The notes under the pieces: generated by a model
The model's database searches: none
Seen by the model: the letters and a program-made list of their open reading frames with translations, nothing else
Told to the model about the DNA's origin: nothing
Shown: positions 55,743-64,000 of the stretch, piece after piece
Numbering within the stretch: position 1 is the first letter of the stretch
Layout: each line of letters starts with the position of its first letter
DNA from: an uncultured Candidatus Saccharibacteria bacterium
GTDB lineage: Bacteria; Patescibacteriota; Minisyncoccia; CAIUEV01; JAHKAQ01
Assembly: GCA_964598205.1 (NCBI GenBank)
Contig: CAZRBB010000001.1
Coordinates: 92,199-156,198, forward strand
Reading direction: 5' to 3'
DNA length: 64,000 nt
Program-made: the position numbers and the translations under genes

Positions 55743-56747
55743 TCAAGTAAGCTTTTTCTTTAATTCTTCGACCATCTCAACAGGAGAAGGGTCTTGACCA
55801 ATAGACAATGCCAAATAATAAGAAATCCAATCGCCCAAACAAAGAGAGAAGAAGAATCTACAAAGAGTGCTTTTTCCTTTAGCTTCTATCCTTATTACAT
55901 TATATTTCATTTTTGTCAATATATTTTCGGTAATTTTCATTCTTTTTTGATTTCGATGGTGACCATCTTTGTTCCCTAAAGAAATAAAAATAAAGTCTTT
56001 TGGACGGCCGTTTAGGAAACCATTGAATTCGTTATGGTTTAGTTCTGGGTAATAATTCCAAAAAGCGGGTAGTTTGGAATTTTCATTGATTTTTATTTTA
56101 TTAATCATCGCCGCAAATCGTAATTCAAAATCAGCATAAAAAATGGGAATTCTGCCATTTATTTTATTGGCAATTTTCCTTCCTAGTTCTTGAGTCTCTT
56201 GGCAAGTCTCGCTTTTTAAAAATTCAGCCAATTCTAGAACTTCTGCCGATAAGTTTTGGTTTTTTCGGCAATTTTCCAAGACTTTTGTCATGGCGGAAAA
56301 AACTAATGGCAAAGCGTATCGTGGTTGGAAATTAGGGTCGGTAATTCCGTAATAGACCTGAGATATTTTTTCTTTGTCAGCAATTTCTTTTAATCGGCCA
56401 CCACTAGAGAAGATAATGGTGGTAAAATTTTTCCTTCTTGCATTTAGTAAACAATCCAAAGACTCTTCTGTGTTTCCAGAAAAAGAGCTGATAAAAAAAA
56501 GAGGATTTTTTGTTAATTGTTTAGGCAATCCGTAGCCAGAATGAATAATGACAGGCATCTTTAATGGCAAGAGAGAGGCAATTAAATATCCTGGCAGAGC
56601 AGATCCTCCCATTCCGGCAATCACCAAAGAGTCAAAATCTTTTTTTTCTCCAACACCAGCAGCTTTTTCCAAACCGATGGCAAACTGTTTGTGGGTTTCT
56701 GTAATAACTTTCTTTAAATCAAAACGATCAATTATTTTTTGTTTCAT
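55743..56747 (-). CDS. Bifunctional phosphoglucose/phosphomannose isomerase (SIS domain, archaeal type)
   Basis: SLVIAGMGGSALPG SIS motif. Confidence 0.7.
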   Translation of the reverse strand: MKQKIIDRFDLKKVITETHKQFAIGLEKAAGVGEKKDFDSLVIAGMGGSALPGYLIASLLPLKMPVIIHSGYGLPKQLTKNPLFFISSFSGNTEESLDCLLNARRKNFTTIIFSSGGRLKEIADKEKISQVYYGITDPNFQPRYALPLVFSAMTKVLENCRKNQNLSAEVLELAEFLKSETCQETQELGRKIANKINGRIPIFYADFELRFAAMINKIKINENSKLPAFWNYYPELNHNEFNGFLNGRPKDFIFISLGNKDGHHRNQKRMKITENILTKMKYNVIRIEAKGKSTLCRFFFSLCLGDWISYYLALSIGQDPSPVEMVEELKKKLT

Positions 56748-56767
56748 TTTGAATAATTATTTTTTGA

Positions 56768-58531
56768 TTATTTCTTAATTCTTTTTTCTCCTAGATACCA
56801 TTTTTCTATATTAGAATAGCGACGAGAAGGGTCTTCTATCATATTAAAGTTAATTCCCCTAACCTTAGAAGATATAGGATAGAGATAGCGGGGAGAATAA
56901 AGGAAGATTGCTGGAATATCGCGATTGATTAATTTTTGAAATTTTAAATAAAGTTCATTTCTTGTTTCTTTATTAACTTCTGCACGCCCTCTATCTAGGA
57001 GTTCGTCAGCTTCAACATTGTCGTAGCTAGCCAAATTTTGCCCAGGACTATTCTTTTCAGCAGAATGCCAATAAGGTCTAGGATCAGGATCCATTTTCAA
57101 AGTTTCGCCGAACAACAATGCTTCGTAATTGCGTGGCTCTATCTTGCTATTACTCAAGTCTCCAACAGAAAGAATCTCAACTGAAACCTCAACACCAATC
57201 TTTTCCCATTGTTCTTTTAATACTTCGGCAGTGCGAACTAATTCGGGGTAGTCAGCTGTAGCTAGCTTAATTTGAAGGGGCTCTCCATTTGGAGAAAAAA
57301 GAATTTCTTTTGGATTATCTTCAGATATTTTCTTAAATTTCCACTTAGCGTTTTTTAAAATTTCCTTAGCCTTGTCTGGCTGGCAATTTCTCTGAGTAAA
57401 ACCTTCTTTTCCCAAAATAGGGAGAGAGATAATAGGGGAATAAGTTGGATCGCCTTTTTGATGCAACGCTTTTTCTAATATTTCTTCACGGCAAGTAGCC
57501 CAGTCCAGAGCTTCGCGGACATCTTCTTGAGCCAATATTTTGCTTTGATAAATGTTCAAAAAAACAGCATAGTAACGGGGAAGTTTTATTTCTTCAAGAT
57601 TTATCTTAGAAGAAGGTAATGTTATTTTGTCTAAGTAGCGGTGAGAAAGGTTATTAATTGCCATCACCTTTCCCTGATTTAAAAGCTCAATTGCTTCGGT
57701 CTCACTGCCCAAGAATTTTAAAAGGATAGTTTCTATATAAGGAGCTCCTAGGTAATAATTACGATTTACTTTAAGAACAATCTGATCAATCGATCCGTCG
57801 GCTTTTTTCTCTAGTCTTAAAAATTGGTAAGGACCGGAACCAATAGGGGCTTTGTTAAATTCAGAGAGCTGGAAATCTTCTGGGCCAACATCTTGCCAAA
57901 TATGCTTAGGCAGAATGCCAAAGGTAAGATTATGCAAAAAAGGAGTAAACGGTTTTTTTAGGGAGAAAATAATTTGATTTTTTCCTTCAGTACGAGCTTC
58001 AATTCCTGTCCAATTAGGATAAAGAGGGGAGTTGTAACGGGAATTTTTAAGAGTGTTAACCGTAAAAAGAACATCTTCCACAGTAAGAGGAGTGCCATCG
58101 TGAAACAAGAGATTGTCTTTTAGAGTAATGGTGTATTCAGTCCGCTCTTCGTTAGCCTTCCATCCAGAAGCTAGATCGTTAATTAACTCACCATTATCAC
58201 TGTATTTCATTAACCCAGAATAAACTAACTGAACAATGCTTTTATCGGCTTCGCTGGCCTTAGCCAAAACGGGGTTTAAATATTCTGGCTTACCAACAAT
58301 CGCTTCGGTTAGCGTGCCACCAGAAGCTGGAACAACGATGGTCTTTTTTAAATAAAAATTGAAAAGTGACCATGGTAGCGCTAAGAAAAAGACAAAAAAA
58401 GCAACAAAAAGAAATATTCTTTCTTTCTTGCTTAAACTTGTTCCTAAATTAGTTAGGATTAAAGGAACAGTTTTTATCCAACGCTCAAATCTGGAAAATA
58501 ATTTAGCAATAAAAAACATTTGGTTAACCAA
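56768..58531 (-). CDS. ABC transporter substrate-binding protein, family 5 (oligopeptide-type)
   Basis: N-terminal TM/signal anchor, and SBP_bac_5-like ...YTITLKDNLLFHDGTPLTVEDVLFT.... Confidence 0.65.
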   Translation of the reverse strand: MVNQMFFIAKLFSRFERWIKTVPLILTNLGTSLSKKERIFLFVAFFVFFLALPWSLFNFYLKKTIVVPASGGTLTEAIVGKPEYLNPVLAKASEADKSIVQLVYSGLMKYSDNGELINDLASGWKANEERTEYTITLKDNLLFHDGTPLTVEDVLFTVNTLKNSRYNSPLYPNWTGIEARTEGKNQIIFSLKKPFTPFLHNLTFGILPKHIWQDVGPEDFQLSEFNKAPIGSGPYQFLRLEKKADGSIDQIVLKVNRNYYLGAPYIETILLKFLGSETEAIELLNQGKVMAINNLSHRYLDKITLPSSKINLEEIKLPRYYAVFLNIYQSKILAQEDVREALDWATCREEILEKALHQKGDPTYSPIISLPILGKEGFTQRNCQPDKAKEILKNAKWKFKKISEDNPKEILFSPNGEPLQIKLATADYPELVRTAEVLKEQWEKIGVEVSVEILSVGDLSNSKIEPRNYEALLFGETLKMDPDPRPYWHSAEKNSPGQNLASYDNVEADELLDRGRAEVNKETRNELYLKFQKLINRDIPAIFLYSPRYLYPISSKVRGINFNMIEDPSRRYSNIEKWYLGEKRIKK

Positions 58532-58745
58532 TAATTAATCTAGCAAGTGCTGAGCCAACAAAGAGAATAGAGAAAATAATTGTTCCAAAAAAAAGAAGTT
58601 TATCTAACCCTCTTTTAACATGGTAAGACTCAATATCTCCGCCGAAAATACCCGAAACGCCACCACCACGGTTCTGCAAAAGAACGAAGATAATAATCAA
58701 AACAGAGGACAAGACATTGATTATAGAAATCCAATTTTGAATCAT
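58524..58745 (-). CDS. secG: Preprotein translocase subunit SecG
   Basis: 73 aa, two TM helices, VLLQNRGGGVSGIFGG. Confidence 0.7.
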   Translation of the reverse strand: MIQNWISIINVLSSVLIIIFVLLQNRGGGVSGIFGGDIESYHVKRGLDKLLFFGTIIFSILFVGSALARLIIG

Positions 58746-58748
58746 AGT

Positions 58749-59096
58749 TTACTCTTTATGGTCTAGAATCATATTAACGGAATAGTTAGTTAAAGCAATA
58801 ATAATAATTCCCCAAAATGCCGGCCAAAATCCGGCAATAGAAAGACCAGGAACCAAAAGGGCGGTCGCAATTAAAAGAGCAATATTAATTAGCAGAGTAA
58901 AAATTCCCAAAGAAAGAATGATTAGTGGAGCCAAAATAAGCTTTAGGATTGGTTTAACCAAAAAATTAGCTCCTCCAAGAATTGCCCCAGCCAAAATTAA
59001 TTGTCCCCAAGATCCAGAAAATTCAATACCCGGCAAAAGGTATGCGGCCAAAATTATAGCCAAAGAGTTGCTGGCAATCTGAATTAAAATTTTCAT
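58749..59096 (-). CDS. DUF360 / phage-holin-4_2-like four-TM membrane protein
   Basis: LPGIEF..W..LILAGAILGGANFLVKPIL pattern. Confidence 0.5.
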   Translation of the reverse strand: MKILIQIASNSLAIILAAYLLPGIEFSGSWGQLILAGAILGGANFLVKPILKLILAPLIILSLGIFTLLINIALLIATALLVPGLSIAGFWPAFWGIIIIALTNYSVNMILDHKE

Positions 59097-60259
59097 TACT
59101 CTTCTACCTTAATAATTATCCGGTTTTCCATTTCCGGAACCGTTTTCCTAAAGGATGGCCAGAAATCCACTTTAATGGATTCTATTTCTTTAAAATTAGC
59201 AAAATGAGCTCGCAATGCTCTTTCGTTATAGCCTTTTATTTCCTCTGGATTAAATACCTTAGAAGACAATTTAGGACGGAATTTTCCGTTCACGCTAACC
59301 TTAATTGTAGCACTTCCGTTGTCATTGTTTATTCCTTCTAGCTGATAATCTAAAGATTCAGGGTTGTATTCCAAAAATTCCTGATCTTCTTCGCTCATCG
59401 ACTCTAGCTTGCCTTTGATCAAGGCTAAGAGGTCGGTTTCTTTAAAAACAGCAGCGGTAGTTTTGGCGGTTAATTCCAAGGAGAAGTTGTTGGTTTCAAA
59501 AGGAGCGGCAACATCGGAATGAAAAAAGGTAAGAGAGCTTAGAGAATTTTTACGGCTCAATTCTTCACCTTCTCTTAATTTTTCCCTAATGCTATCTAAG
59601 TTTTTATTGATTAATTCTTGATAAATCTCGTTTTTTGACACTTCAATATCACCTTCGGTAACCAGAGTAGCAGTACGGATGCCACCAGAAAAAGCTTCGT
59701 CGCTTTTGGCGGTCACCTTCTCATTCATAAAAGTATCGTATTTTTCAAAGTTAAAATCTGATGGGGGAATGTGACCGGTTAATCCCTTGGTAAGAGCCAT
59801 TACCTCTACTGTTCGGCTTTTGCTTCGATAAACCACAAAGTCTTCCGTAAAAGCGGCCTTTTCTTGGGAGTTACCATTTTTAACAAAAATAACTTCTCCC
59901 TTTTTAAATCCCTGGGCTCGAGTGTAACCATTATAAATAGTCACTTTTCCTTTTGCATTCTCTTCTATTTTTTTTGGTGGAATATCTTTAAAAGCTTTGC
60001 CAGTGCTGTTTTCTTGAGTAAGTAATACGCCACGGATCGAACTTTTTTCTGAGTTAAAAGTGATAGTTTCTGAATTAAGAGTAATCTCTATTTCCAGCTT
60101 CTTATTTTCTGTTTTAGGAATCAGGGTGATTACTGTTCGAGAAAGAATAAAATAGAAAGAAGAAAGAGAAATAATAATAGCAAAAACAATAAACCAAAAA
60201 AGTATTTTTTTGTAAGAAACTCCGGAATCATACTGACCTAAGTGTTCTACTTGGCTCAT
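59096..60259 (-). CDS. Hypothetical membrane-anchored protein; start moved to Met31 to avoid an 83-nt overlap with rnc
   Basis: Single N-terminal TM helix. The internal ATG at 60259 sits 8 nt after the rnc stop. Confidence 0.4.
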   Translation of the reverse strand: MSQVEHLGQYDSGVSYKKILFWFIVFAIIISLSSFYFILSRTVITLIPKTENKKLEIEITLNSETITFNSEKSSIRGVLLTQENSTGKAFKDIPPKKIEENAKGKVTIYNGYTRAQGFKKGEVIFVKNGNSQEKAAFTEDFVVYRSKSRTVEVMALTKGLTGHIPPSDFNFEKYDTFMNEKVTAKSDEAFSGGIRTATLVTEGDIEVSKNEIYQELINKNLDSIREKLREGEELSRKNSLSSLTFFHSDVAAPFETNNFSLELTAKTTAAVFKETDLLALIKGKLESMSEEDQEFLEYNPESLDYQLEGINNDNGSATIKVSVNGKFRPKLSSKVFNPEEIKGYNERALRAHFANFKEIESIKVDFWPSFRKTVPEMENRIIIKVEE

Positions 60260-60266
60260 ATTTTTA

Positions 60267-60959
60267 TTATTCCCACTCTTTTTTATAAAGACTTTTATTG
60301 GCTGCGCTTTGTTGGGCTTCCTGTTTACTTTTACCAACACCCTCTCCAACCAATTCCTTGCCTAAATAAGCACCGACAATAAAACTCTTATCATGATCTG
60401 GTCCAGACTGGGAAATCGTTTTATAAGAAGGAGTAATTCCTAATTTCTCTTGAGCTTTTTCTTGGAATAAGCTTTTGGCGTCTCTGTAAAGCTGATTTTT
60501 AATAATCCTAGGAAGTCCTGTAACAATATTTTTCAATACAAAGTCTTTAGCTTTTTCATAGCCCTGATCAAGATAAATAGCGCCAATGATTGCTTCTATA
60601 GTATTAGCTAAGAGATAATTACGACTCCTCTCTTGGGATCTAGCTTCGCCTTTACTTAGGAAAAGATAATTTTCCAGTCCGATTTTTTGACCGACTTTAG
60701 TTAGGTTATCTCCCTTAACCAAAGATGATCGGAGATTGGTTAATTCTCCTTCGGGCTTGTCATATTCCAAAAAAAGATATTCGGTGACGATTAATTCTAA
60801 AACGGCGTCTCCTAAAAATTCCATCCTCTCATTATGCTCCAGTTTTTCTTTTTTATGTTCATTAAGATAAGAGCGGTGAATAAGAGCGTTCTGTAATAAT
60901 TCCGGTTGGTTAAAAATTAAACCCAATTTATCGCATAGTGCTTTTGCTCGATCTTCCAT
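60267..60959 (-). CDS. rnc: Ribonuclease III
   Basis: ERMEFLGDAVLELIVTEYLF signature, and a C-terminal dsRBD. Confidence 0.85.
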   Translation of the reverse strand: MEDRAKALCDKLGLIFNQPELLQNALIHRSYLNEHKKEKLEHNERMEFLGDAVLELIVTEYLFLEYDKPEGELTNLRSSLVKGDNLTKVGQKIGLENYLFLSKGEARSQERSRNYLLANTIEAIIGAIYLDQGYEKAKDFVLKNIVTGLPRIIKNQLYRDAKSLFQEKAQEKLGITPSYKTISQSGPDHDKSFIVGAYLGKELVGEGVGKSKQEAQQSAANKSLYKKEWE

Positions 60960-61403
60960 TTAAGTTTCCTTTATTAATGATTTTTCCGGAATTTGGCGGT
61001 AAATTGTTCCCAAAACTCCGTTAATGAACTTTCCCGAAGATCCTCCTCCATAGGCCTTAGCCAATTCAATTGCTTCGTTGATTGCCACCTTGGGTGGGAC
61101 TTCTTCTTGATTACAAAAAAGTAGTTCAAAAATTCCCAGGCGCAACACATTGCGGTCAATGCCAGAGATTTGTTCCAATGGCCATTCTGGAGCTGCTTTT
61201 TGGATTAACTGATCAATCAATGTTCTTTTTTTGAGCACACCCCTAATCAACTGATTAACAAACTCAGGATCAATGCTTTCGTTGAATTTTTGAATATTTC
61301 TTTGGGTTATTTGTTCTATTTCATCATTAAGAGGAGATTTTTTAAAATCCCACTCATACAAAGTCTGAAGAGCCACTTGTCGGCTAAGGTGCCTACTATT
61401 CAT
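60960..61403 (-). CDS. nusB: Transcription antitermination factor NusB
   Basis: [17 protein letters not shown]..., and the NusB-rnc gene context. Confidence 0.75.
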   Translation of the reverse strand: MNSRHLSRQVALQTLYEWDFKKSPLNDEIEQITQRNIQKFNESIDPEFVNQLIRGVLKKRTLIDQLIQKAAPEWPLEQISGIDRNVLRLGIFELLFCNQEEVPPKVAINEAIELAKAYGGGSSGKFINGVLGTIYRQIPEKSLIKET

Positions 61404-61413
61404 TAGATAGAAT

Positions 61414-61620
61414 CTATTTCTTTAATTTCTTTTGAGACTTGAAAGAAAGGACCTCAATAATTTTTCTTCCTTTGTAAAATCCGCAGTTAGCGCAGACCAC
61501 ATGGCTTAACTTCATTTTACCGCAATTAGAACACTTTACTAACTGTTTCGGTTTTAGGGCCTGATGACTGCGACGACGGCGAGAACGAGACTTGGAATGT
61601 CTTTGTTTGGGATTAGGCAT
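61414..61620 (-). CDS. rpmF: 50S ribosomal protein L32 (zinc-ribbon form)
   Basis: [18 protein letters not shown]...CSNCG...[12 protein letters not shown]. Confidence 0.75.
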   Translation of the reverse strand: MPNPKQRHSKSRSRRRRSHQALKPKQLVKCSNCGKMKLSHVVCANCGFYKGRKIIEVLSFKSQKKLKK

Positions 61621-61680
61621 CTTTGATCGGATTATTCTTTAATTCGGACACTGGCATCATAATTCAAGTTATAAAAATTT

Positions 61681-62301
61681 TCAAGCTGTTTTTTTTCCAA
61701 GCATCTTTTTTATAGGTTTAAAGCTTTGACGATGAATGGAGCAGGGACCGAATTTATTTAAAGTCTCCTCATGAAGCTTGGTTCCGTAGCCTTTATGCTT
61801 GGCAAAAAAATATTCTGGATAATCAGAATCCATGTTTCTTAGGATTTCGTCTCTTTTAACTTTAGCCAAAATAGAAGCAGCCGAAATTAAACAAACCAAA
61901 TCATCTCCATGAGTAATAGCAGTTTGCCTGATTGTTACATCGGGAATCAATTGGTTTCCGTCTATTAAAAGTAGAGCGGGTTTTTGAGGTAAAGAGGAAA
62001 TCGCTTGCCGCATTGCTAGGAAGGTGGCTAAAAGAATGTTTGATTGATCGATTATGGTGGAATTTACAATGCCAATTCCAAAAGAAAAATTGGCAATTAT
62101 TTTTTCCGCCAAAGCCTCTCTTTTTTTTGGAGAAAGTTTTTTTGAGTCTTTAGGATCAATCTCTAAGAGTAAAGGAAGTTGAGATTGGTCAATAGAAACA
62201 GCTGCGGCTACCACTGGTCCAGCCCAAGAACCCCTTCCGGCTTCGTCTATTCCGCAAATAGTTGGAAACCTAGTAAATGCTTTTTGAAAATCAAAAGTCA
62301 A
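61681..62301 (-). CDS. rnhB: Ribonuclease HII
   Basis: GIDEAGRGSWAGPVVAAAV N-terminal motif. Confidence 0.85.
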   Translation of the reverse strand: MTFDFQKAFTRFPTICGIDEAGRGSWAGPVVAAAVSIDQSQLPLLLEIDPKDSKKLSPKKREALAEKIIANFSFGIGIVNSTIIDQSNILLATFLAMRQAISSLPQKPALLLIDGNQLIPDVTIRQTAITHGDDLVCLISAASILAKVKRDEILRNMDSDYPEYFFAKHKGYGTKLHEETLNKFGPCSIHRQSFKPIKKMLGKKTA

Positions 62302-62641
62302 GGGAATTGTTTTTAAAAAACTTTTTTAGGACAACGATAAAAAGGAAGCTACTGGCGATTAGAATAGCAGACCAAAAATCACGAGAATAAAAAAATAAGC
62401 CACCCAAAATAGCCGGAGGAATTGCTAAGAAAAGAAAATGATTACTAAGGAGTGGGGGGGGATTTTTATCGGCAGGGGATAATTTAATAAATAAAAATCC
62501 CAGAACAACAATTAAAACAGGGATAGCGCCAAGAGGTAGGGACCGTGAGACCATTCCTAGGCTGATCCAGTCAAGAAGTAGCAATAGAAAATAATATCCA
62601 GATAAGGAAAGAAGAATATGTTTTAAGGTGAAAAGAAGCAT
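62291..62641 (-). CDS. Hypothetical small membrane protein
   Basis: Three hydrophobic helices. Confidence 0.35.
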   Translation of the reverse strand: MLLFTLKHILLSLSGYYFLLLLLDWISLGMVSRSLPLGAIPVLIVVLGFLFIKLSPADKNPPPLLSNHFLFLAIPPAILGGLFFYSRDFWSAILIASSFLFIVVLKKFFKNNSLDF

Positions 62642-62648
62642 GCTTAAA

Positions 62649-63647
62649 TTAATTTTTTAGCGGAGAAAGGAATTTTTTAAAATTCAAAAAATTAAAGCTT
62701 CGTGAAAATTCTACCCGAATTGACTTTATTTTCATACCCGAAGAAAGAGTAAAATAATAGTCGCCACCATCATTATTTTTAAAATCATGATCTAGTTTAA
62801 ATTGGCAGCGACCAGAAACGGGGTGGCAAACTCGCTCTTCTTGGTTAAATGGGAGAGTGAGGGCTGTTACGGTTTCATAGTTTATTCCCCTTTCCTGTTC
62901 GTTAATAGGAATGAGCGTTCCATTTTGAACTAAAAAATAATTTTGGGTCCCTTTTTGCTGAATAATAGTTCCGTCAGGATGAAACAAAATTGGGTAAAGA
63001 ACAGTGTTGACGGAGGAATGAAGCCGAAGCTCTTCTTTGGTTGCTGGAATAATTTTTTCCCAAGAATAACCCAAGTATTCCAAAATTAAAGGGGAGGGAA
63101 ACAGAATTTTCATTCCATTACTTATTAAAAAAATTTGTTTTTCATCACTAATCAGAACTCCTTCTCTAAAGCCAGCTGGTTTTAGGGCTAGGGTTAATTT
63201 TTGCCGTTCTTCTGCGGTCATTAGAGGAATTGTCTCTTTGTTCTTTGTGTAACTCTTTAAAATATTCTCAGTGGGAATGAGTTGTTTTTCTTTTTCGGAA
63301 ACTAAATAAAAATTGTCTCTGTCTTTTTTTATTTTAAGAGCGGGGACGGGCTCTTTTGAAATAGGATAAAAAGTGGCGGCGAATCCCTTTTTTAGAATAA
63401 CGGTTTCTTCTTTTTCAGTCTTTTCTTCGGTTTCTAACATTAGATTGATAACGCCAAAATCAGCCAAAGGAGCCAAGAAAAAGGAATTTTTTTGATCAAT
63501 AACCAAAGATGATTCTTCTAGTTTTTCTTTTTGATAAAGATAAACTTGTTTTGGGAAAATCAAGTTTATTAAAAAAAATATGCCCAAAACAAAAGGCAAA
63601 CCATAGACTGCAATCAAGATTATTTTCTTTAAAAACGATTTTTTCAT
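62649..63647 (-). CDS. Hypothetical membrane-anchored/secreted protein
   Basis: N-terminal TM helix. No domain recognised. Confidence 0.4.
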   Translation of the reverse strand: MKKSFLKKIILIAVYGLPFVLGIFFLINLIFPKQVYLYQKEKLEESSLVIDQKNSFFLAPLADFGVINLMLETEEKTEKEETVILKKGFAATFYPISKEPVPALKIKKDRDNFYLVSEKEKQLIPTENILKSYTKNKETIPLMTAEERQKLTLALKPAGFREGVLISDEKQIFLISNGMKILFPSPLILEYLGYSWEKIIPATKEELRLHSSVNTVLYPILFHPDGTIIQQKGTQNYFLVQNGTLIPINEQERGINYETVTALTLPFNQEERVCHPVSGRCQFKLDHDFKNNDGGDYYFTLSSGMKIKSIRVEFSRSFNFLNFKKFLSPLKN

Positions 63648-63654
63648 TTATCTA

Positions 63655-63990
63655 TTATTTTATTTCGTAAATGGCGCTTTCCTTTTTTTCTTCAATTAAA
63701 ACAGGGAGAACGATTGGCTTTTTAAAATCGGTTTTTTTATTAAACGGCGCCGTCTTTAGTTGGGAAAAGGTCAAAGAAAAGTCGTCCTTCTTACCTTTAA
63801 GATAGGGACCATAATCAAGCGCAGCTTCTGGGGAGGCTAAGAGATAAGCTTTAGGAAACTTATCTTTGGGTATCTTAGCGAGATCTTGGGGATTGTAAAT
63901 ATAAACGGTGTTTAAACCAAAAAGAAAACGCAACGGTTCAGAAATTAAACTCCAATCGTTAGGAGAAACGCTTTTATCTATCAAAATCAA
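63655..63990 (-). CDS. Hypothetical protein, possibly 5'-truncated by the window end
   Basis: The ORF reaches to within 10 nt of the window edge. Confidence 0.3.
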   Translation of the reverse strand: MILIDKSVSPNDWSLISEPLRFLFGLNTVYIYNPQDLAKIPKDKFPKAYLLASPEAALDYGPYLKGKKDDFSLTFSQLKTAPFNKKTDFKKPIVLPVLIEEKKESAIYEIK

Positions 63991-64000
63991 ATCGTCTTTT

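Noticed and set aside
60260-60349. 83-nt overlap between the 417-aa hypothetical gene and rnc
   Set aside because: An internal ATG (Met31) right after the rnc stop removes the overlap and begins just before the predicted TM helix. The longer N-terminus is probably an ORF-caller extension.
1-64000. Diversity-generating retroelement, retron or prophage
   Set aside because: No reverse-transcriptase (YADD) or integrase/recombinase motifs in any frame. No long near-identical TR/VR repeat pair noticed.

Overview
This is a low-GC, gene-dense bacterial window. Most genes lack Shine-Dalgarno sequences, four of the seven tRNAs do not encode CCA, and many proteins are Lys-rich; by inference this suggests a small-genome CPR/Patescibacteria-like organism. 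The core genes I recognise are:
- pheST (minus strand)
- dnaE
- a PBP2-type transpeptidase
- a dTDP-rhamnose cluster (rmlC, Nudix, rmlB, rmlD, rmlA)
- a four-subunit pyruvate:ferredoxin oxidoreductase operon (gamma, delta, alpha, beta)
- trpS, RNase J, RNase III, nusB, rpmF, rnhB, secG, htpX, PGM/PMM, PGI/PMI
- a DsbA-like oxidoreductase, an M20 peptidase, and a missed rpmG (L33)
- seven tRNAs: Gln, Glu, Met, Ala, Val, Lys, Leu

The accessory and unusual content is:
- a radical SAM/SPASM gene directly behind the PFOR operon, followed by a 516-aa Cys-rich secreted protein
- a cluster of a TPR-membrane protein, two radical-SAM-type proteins (one B12-binding, one lacking the Cys triad) and a FecR/FN3 surface protein
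- a tRNA-Met to tRNA-Ala islet with paralogous pilin-like, Cys-rich proteins, one of them frameshifted
- a GluR0-like ligand-gated K+ channel
- GC-rich, SD-bearing probable foreign ORFs (983-1276, 7079-7300, 16974-18392) with palindromic GCGCGTAA repeats near two of them
- three copies of the tRNA-Glu 3' end (att-like)
- several GC-rich structured intergenic segments that may be ncRNAs
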